Positions 26,289 to 30,171 of a DNA stretch of 30,171 nucleotides are shown here, piece after piece. Source of the stretch: a virus (taxonomy: Duplodnaviria > Caudoviricetes); the IMG/VR virus record IMGVR_UViG_3300012665_000565, positions 1 to 30,171 of that record; one strand, written 5' to 3'. The notes below the pieces were generated by a model, which saw only the letters and a program-made list of their open reading frames with translations, did not search any database and was not told the origin of the DNA. The first letter of the stretch is position 1, and each line of letters begins with the position of its first letter. The position numbers and the translations under genes were made by a program.

Positions 26289-27530
26289 TCAATTTGTTGC
26301 CAGAACGTGTCCCCATCTTTGTGGTTTCAGCAAGTCTGGATCTATATCTCTACGCACGGGGAACAGATAATCAATCATATAACCAAGTGCGTCATTCATA
26401 TGATCGTAGCCACTTTCTTTGTCAGGCTGGCTACTACCTTCTTTATATGTTTGACGTTCAAGTCCTTCAATAGTATATTTACATTTAGGTTCTATAAACA
26501 AGCGTCTAATACCTATCGTATCGCACAAACGACTATTCACTGCATTAATCCTATCACGCACTGGTGTGTGAACTCTAGGACATTTTACTACAAAGCCTGC
26601 GTTAGACAAGATAGTAACATCAGTCTGTCCGCCAGCACTGGTTTTTCTTTGATTGCCGGCAGGATCAGGGTAAACCCAGACTTTGGATTTGGGGAAGCGT
26701 TGTTTTATTTCTAACACCATTTCTAAAGTGTTAGATGAAAACATTCTCACTTCATCTATGATATGTAAGGTATCTCCAGCCCGTGTTGCAACCACAGCAC
26801 TCATTGGATCTATGTTAAAATCGAGTCCCACATAGATAACATCAGGAGTGTTGCCAATGTATTTACGAGTATTTGCCTGTCTATCAAACGCATAGTATAT
26901 TCTACCTGAAAATGTTTCAAAAGTAGCCATATACTCTTGGCGAAATGTGCGTTCATCTAAATCACGCTTGGCAGATTCAATTTCTTCTTGCGGAACATTG
27001 CCACCTTCAATGGTAGTAAATGTGTAACTCTTCCAACTATCATTATCTAGACTATTCTGATATATTTCATAAGCCCAGTTGCCAATGCCCTTTGGTGTGC
27101 CGATGAATAGTGCCTTGCCCTGCTTGTCAGACAGAGTAGGACGAAGTGTTTCATACCACGCTTCTGGATCAATGTCAGCAAATTCATCTAGGCATATAAA
27201 GTCAAGTCCAACACCACGAAGGCTGTCATAATTATCAGCACCTTTGAGACTGATAGTAGAGCCATTCTTAAGTGTCAACGTAAGTTCTGTTTCGTTGTGT
27301 TTCTGCACCCAGTTAATATCAGAAAGTTTATTCTTAAGTTTACGCCACACAATTTGTTTTGCCATTTTATAACTGGGAGCCACATACCATACTTCACGGT
27401 TGGGTTGACGAGCGTGATAACAAAGTTCACGGATGGCTAGATGAGTTTTGCCAAAACGGCGACCCGCTACTACCACACGGAATCTAGTAGGATCGTTAGC
27501 AATAGTTTCCTGTGCTTGACTTAATGGCAT
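26289..27530 (-). CDS. terL: Terminase large subunit
   Basis: Walker A AGRRFGKT, Walker B FICLDE, IGTPKG coupling motif, GLDFN and DH..DA nuclease motifs. Confidence 0.96.
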   Translation of the reverse strand: MPLSQAQETIANDPTRFRVVVAGRRFGKTHLAIRELCYHARQPNREVWYVAPSYKMAKQIVWRKLKNKLSDINWVQKHNETELTLTLKNGSTISLKGADNYDSLRGVGLDFICLDEFADIDPEAWYETLRPTLSDKQGKALFIGTPKGIGNWAYEIYQNSLDNDSWKSYTFTTIEGGNVPQEEIESAKRDLDERTFRQEYMATFETFSGRIYYAFDRQANTRKYIGNTPDVIYVGLDFNIDPMSAVVATRAGDTLHIIDEVRMFSSNTLEMVLEIKQRFPKSKVWVYPDPAGNQRKTSAGGQTDVTILSNAGFVVKCPRVHTPVRDRINAVNSRLCDTIGIRRLFIEPKCKYTIEGLERQTYKEGSSQPDKESGYDHMNDALGYMIDYLFPVRRDIDPDLLKPQRWGHVLATN

Positions 27531-27598
27531 TAGAAACCCCTTAATATGGCTTCAATAGTAATGCCTATAATCATAAAGATAATCAGAGGAAACCACAT
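27530..27598 (-). CDS. 22-aa hydrophobic micropeptide (not in ORF track)
   Basis: MWFPLIIFMIIGITIEAILRGF; TAATG overlaps with both the terS stop and the terL start. Confidence 0.65.
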   Translation of the reverse strand: MWFPLIIFMIIGITIEAILRGF

Positions 27599-27987
27599 TA
27601 TTCGTCGGACCAAGGTAATGGTTGTTTTTCGTCACTGTTAACAGGAGTGTCGCTCATCCCTAATATATTCTTCGCAAGAAAAATTTGCACAGCGGCATTC
27701 ATATTTCTGCAGGCATTGTCCAGCATTGCCCTGCGTAGAGTAATCTTTAGTTCCTCACGCCCTTTTATAATAAAGGCGGCAAAATGTCGGGAGACATTAG
27801 ATTCTTCAATACCAAAGAAGTTGGCAATATCGCGGTTAGAGCATCCTAAGGCTGCTAGTTTTTGCACCTCATCGGGAGGCACTATCTTTTTGTCTCTGCC
27901 AATAGGAAATCCAAGAACTGTTCCTTCTGTAAGTTGTTTTTTACTAGGCTTTAGAGAGACGGCTCCGCTGTCGTGTATTTCATTCAT
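27598..27987 (-). CDS. terS: Terminase small subunit
   Basis: HTH 'V.KLA.LGCS..DIA.FFGI', 'LRRA...A...N...QIFL.KN.LG.SD'; upstream of terL; leaderless after AATAAATA. Confidence 0.8.
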   Translation of the reverse strand: MNEIHDSGAVSLKPSKKQLTEGTVLGFPIGRDKKIVPPDEVQKLAALGCSNRDIANFFGIEESNVSRHFAAFIIKGREELKITLRRAMLDNACRNMNAAVQIFLAKNILGMSDTPVNSDEKQPLPWSDE

Positions 27988-28023
27988 ACCAATATTTATT
28001 GCATCAGTATGAATCCCAGGGAG

Positions 28024-28299
28024 TTATTGGCTTTGTTGTTGTGATTTGGCAGACAGTAGTTGTATCTGGGTATCTTGCAGTATCATTTGATGTCTTAGAC
28101 TTTCTACAGATTTTTGTAGTCTGCTGTTCTGTAGTGTTAATTGCTCTATGACTTCTTGTTGATGATTATACTTAAAGGCTAAATCTTTCATTACTTCTGT
28201 GCCGTTATTAATGGCTATAGCACATTGCTGTATGTTCTGTTCACACATCAGTAGGGCAGTATGCGGATCCCATCCGGTGTTAAACATATCATCATCCAT
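28024..28299 (-). CDS. Coiled-coil hypothetical protein (91 aa, start MDDDMF)
   Basis: ATG at 28299 separated by 4 nt from TTAAATA; this start avoids overlap with the upstream gene. Confidence 0.65.
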   Translation of the reverse strand: MDDDMFNTGWDPHTALLMCEQNIQQCAIAINNGTEVMKDLAFKYNHQQEVIEQLTLQNSRLQKSVESLRHQMILQDTQIQLLSAKSQQQSQ

Positions 28300-28306
28300 A
28301 TGGTAT

Positions 28307-28708
28307 TTAAGCACCAAAACCAATCTGAAATCTAACTGGTTGTATATCATCTCTAAAGTGAGCCATAGCATTAAAGATATTTTCAATGTCTGTCATTTGT
28401 TTATTACTAAAATCACGCTGTTGAGGTTCTTTAAACATTATATTATTCACTATGCCGCCTATTACAGAACAGGGTGAGTTTTGTCCATTTTTGCCTTTGT
28501 GTAAATCTTTACGCTTTTTATGCCACCATTGATCTCTAATCCATATATCATCAAAGTTATCAGATGACGTTTTGTCATATTCAGCCATAATTGATAGTGC
28601 TCGAATACATTGTTGTAGAATCCAATTTTTGTCATCTTCGTCTATTTCTCTGTATTCAGTGCCAGCGGCGGTGTTTTTAGGTATGTATTTGATTATTCTT
28701 TGTGCCAT
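28307..28708 (-). CDS. Hypothetical protein (133 aa)
   Basis: Tightly packed ORF overlapping the upstream gene end. Confidence 0.7.
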   Translation of the reverse strand: MAQRIIKYIPKNTAAGTEYREIDEDDKNWILQQCIRALSIMAEYDKTSSDNFDDIWIRDQWWHKKRKDLHKGKNGQNSPCSVIGGIVNNIMFKEPQQRDFSNKQMTDIENIFNAMAHFRDDIQPVRFQIGFGA

Positions 28709-29010
28709 TTTTTTCTCTCTATTTTAAAAAGTTTCTGACGGCGTAGATGTTCAATACGAGGCATACACACAACATTGCCCCAAATCCACGCACCTGCAGG
28801 ATCTTCCCTGGTTAGGCAGTAATTATCGCTGCCTCTGCCTTTCATATCCCAGTGTTCTCTCCATAATATTTGGAACTGTTCGAATGACAGAGCAAATATT
28901 TCTTTACGATACATTGCCTGCGCTCGCATCTGTAGCCAAGCGCAATACTGCTCGTGATTAAGAGCACCTTGAACTTTCCAAACGTGTGGGCGAGGTCCTG
29001 ATCTGGGCAT
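28693..29010 (-). CDS. Putative HNH-like (beta-beta-alpha) protein
   Basis: 'LSFEQF..LW...GRG...YCLTR.D..G.W..GNV' resembles degenerate phage HNH nucleases; leaderless after CTAAATA. Confidence 0.5.
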   Translation of the reverse strand: MPRSGPRPHVWKVQGALNHEQYCAWLQMRAQAMYRKEIFALSFEQFQILWREHWDMKGRGSDNYCLTREDPAGAWIWGNVVCMPRIEHLRRQKLFKIERKKWHKE

Positions 29011-29046
29011 ATGTTTATTTAGCAGACTGAATAAAGACAGGGTTAA

Positions 29047-29343
29047 TTATGGCTGAAACATTGTGGTTAGGAACCACGTGGCAATTGTTTTATATCTGTC
29101 ATATGAACAGAATATCTTGCCTACTGGGCCTCTGTAGATACCGTCGTCAACAAAATGCAGTAGTTCAGGGCCCCAACCACCTCGATAAAAACGACTATTA
29201 GGATGTTTGATAGTCATAAACAAAGCGTGCCTATCGTTACGGGGCGACCACTCTTTTAGTTTTTTATATCTTGTAAGTTCTTCTATTTCCATTGAACCAC
29301 AGACAATATGCCATTGTTGTTTAACGACTTTGCGTGTAGCCAA
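29047..29343 (-). CDS. Hypothetical protein (98 aa)
   Basis: TTG start after AGGAG; overlaps the lipoprotein gene end. Confidence 0.6.
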   Translation of the reverse strand: MATRKVVKQQWHIVCGSMEIEELTRYKKLKEWSPRNDRHALFMTIKHPNSRFYRGGWGPELLHFVDDGIYRGPVGKIFCSYDRYKTIATWFLTTMFQP

Positions 29344-29542
29344 TTGGGGCTCCTAGAGGTTGTCCCTGTGGAGTAGAATAGATTGTGGTTCTGCCTGCCG
29401 AAGAACCACAGTATTTAGGCTGCACCTGTTGCCAATTTTGGACTTGACATCGATCCATACTGTCATAATGAGCGGCTAGCCAACGAGGTGGTGTTGCACA
29501 GCCTGTGATAAAAATTATTGGTATTATTAAAAGATATTTCAT
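29321..29542 (-). CDS. Small lipoprotein
   Basis: MKYLLIIPIIFITG-C signal peptide II/lipobox; SD GAGGAG. Confidence 0.8.
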   Translation of the reverse strand: MKYLLIIPIIFITGCATPPRWLAAHYDSMDRCQVQNWQQVQPKYCGSSAGRTTIYSTPQGQPLGAPIGYTQSR

Positions 29543-29636
29543 ATTGTTCTCCTCAATATGTTAATTAAGTTGGTGGGTTTCGGGCACATTACCCACCGGA
29601 ATGTTGAGAAAAGGAACCGTGACGCTCCTAGCCCAG

Positions 29637-29801
29637 TCACAAACCACGAGTCACTGCGGTTTGATGTAATTCTAATTGATCCAACCAGTATTGTAAATGC
29701 TCAAGATACTGCTGCCATTCTTCTTTTGAACCCTGCACCAATGCTTCATAATAGGCAATATTGGCACTAATACCAGCCTGGCTTAATAAATTATTATCCA
29801 T
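29637..29801 (-). CDS. Hypothetical protein (54 aa, not in ORF track)
   Basis: MDNNLLSQAGISANIAYYEALVQGSKEEWQQYLEHLQYWLDQLELHQTAVTRGL; start overlaps the upstream stop region. Confidence 0.6.
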   Translation of the reverse strand: MDNNLLSQAGISANIAYYEALVQGSKEEWQQYLEHLQYWLDQLELHQTAVTRGL

Positions 29802-30036
29802 TACAGCCACAACCTTCTGGACCTGCTAATTCCTCTAAAGCAGGTAATTCAACTTGTTTTTGGACCCAATCTTCTGCCCAATCTTCTGCATCTGATTCAA
29901 TGTCAAATGCATCACTTTCTGCTTCGTGTCCGCAACAAAAACAATAGACTAGATATTTCTTAGTAGTGAGATTTTGTAGAACCTGTGCAGTTCTCTTGCC
30001 CTCTACATATTCACTGAGATATAACATTTCTGGCAT
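29794..30036 (-). CDS. Acidic, Cys-containing hypothetical protein (80 aa)
   Basis: SD AAGGAAG; CFCCGH, 'AEDWAEDWV', C-terminal GCGC. Confidence 0.7.
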   Translation of the reverse strand: MPEMLYLSEYVEGKRTAQVLQNLTTKKYLVYCFCCGHEAESDAFDIESDAEDWAEDWVQKQVELPALEELAGPEGCGCNG

Positions 30037-30166
30037 TTTGTTCTTCCTTGATCCGTTTTCTTAACGCTTGTATTTTATTTATAGCCTCTAGTCTACGCTG
30101 TTCGTGTTCAAGTAGTTCTCGTTTGTTTAGTTCTCGAACGTATTCTTTCAAATCATTTGAATTCAT
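30011..30166 (-). CDS. Coiled-coil hypothetical protein (51 aa, spans the circular junction)
   Basis: MNSNDLKEYVRELNKRELLEHEQRRLEAINKIQALRKRIKEEQNARNVISQ; its SD (AGAGG) is found only at positions 58-62 at the other end of the window. Confidence 0.7.
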   Translation of the reverse strand: MNSNDLKEYVRELNKRELLEHEQRRLEAINKIQALRKRIKEEQNARNVISQ

Positions 30167-30171
30167 TCTGC

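Noticed and set aside
2230-29022. TAAATA motifs as archaeal TATA boxes
   Set aside because: The spacing to starts is 5-6 nt rather than about 25 nt, and the genome has bacterial sigma70 promoters and hairpin-U terminators.
29572-29640. Hammerhead-like ribozyme (CGAAAC next to a stem)
   Set aside because: No CUGANGA core is present on that strand.
63-30166. Stop-codon reassignment (none of the ~39 called genes ends in TAG)
   Set aside because: Genes are intact and densely packed under the standard code with no in-frame TAG. TAG is commonly rare in AT-rich phages.
30117-30171. Terminal repeat as a biological DTR or att site
   Set aside because: It is exactly 55 bp, falls inside an ORF and matches a typical assembler k-mer overlap. 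It shows circularity or permutation only.

Overview
Apparently complete, circularly assembled genome of a small AT-rich tailed phage (siphovirus layout). Bases 1-55 repeat exactly at 30117-30171, giving a unit length of 30,116 bp. Essentially all genes are on the minus strand. Two near-consensus sigma70 promoters drive a ParB/DGQHR-like gene and a short early operon of tiny ORFs that includes a lipoprotein. Next come terS/terL, portal, endonuclease VII, scaffold, major capsid, connectors, major tail, a -1 frameshifted tail chaperone pair, tape measure, tail tip, and a separately promoted fibre module. I see no recognisable DNA polymerase, helicase, primase, integrase, repressor, sigma factor or endolysin. 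Main signals: (1) T4-type late promoter motifs (TATAAATA/nTAAATA) sit 5-6 nt before leaderless ATGs or RNA 5' stems, although no gp55-like sigma is visible, which suggests a virion-encoding satellite of a T4-like helper. (2) A structured non-coding region lies next to a ColE1 pas-like sequence and is a candidate host-primed origin. (3) A late ~115-nt sRNA. (4) A 'beads-on-a-rope' fibre protein with strict 20-aa periodicity. (5) A HiPIP-like Cys4 domain fused to the portal. All functional calls come from motif reading and synteny only; no searches were run.
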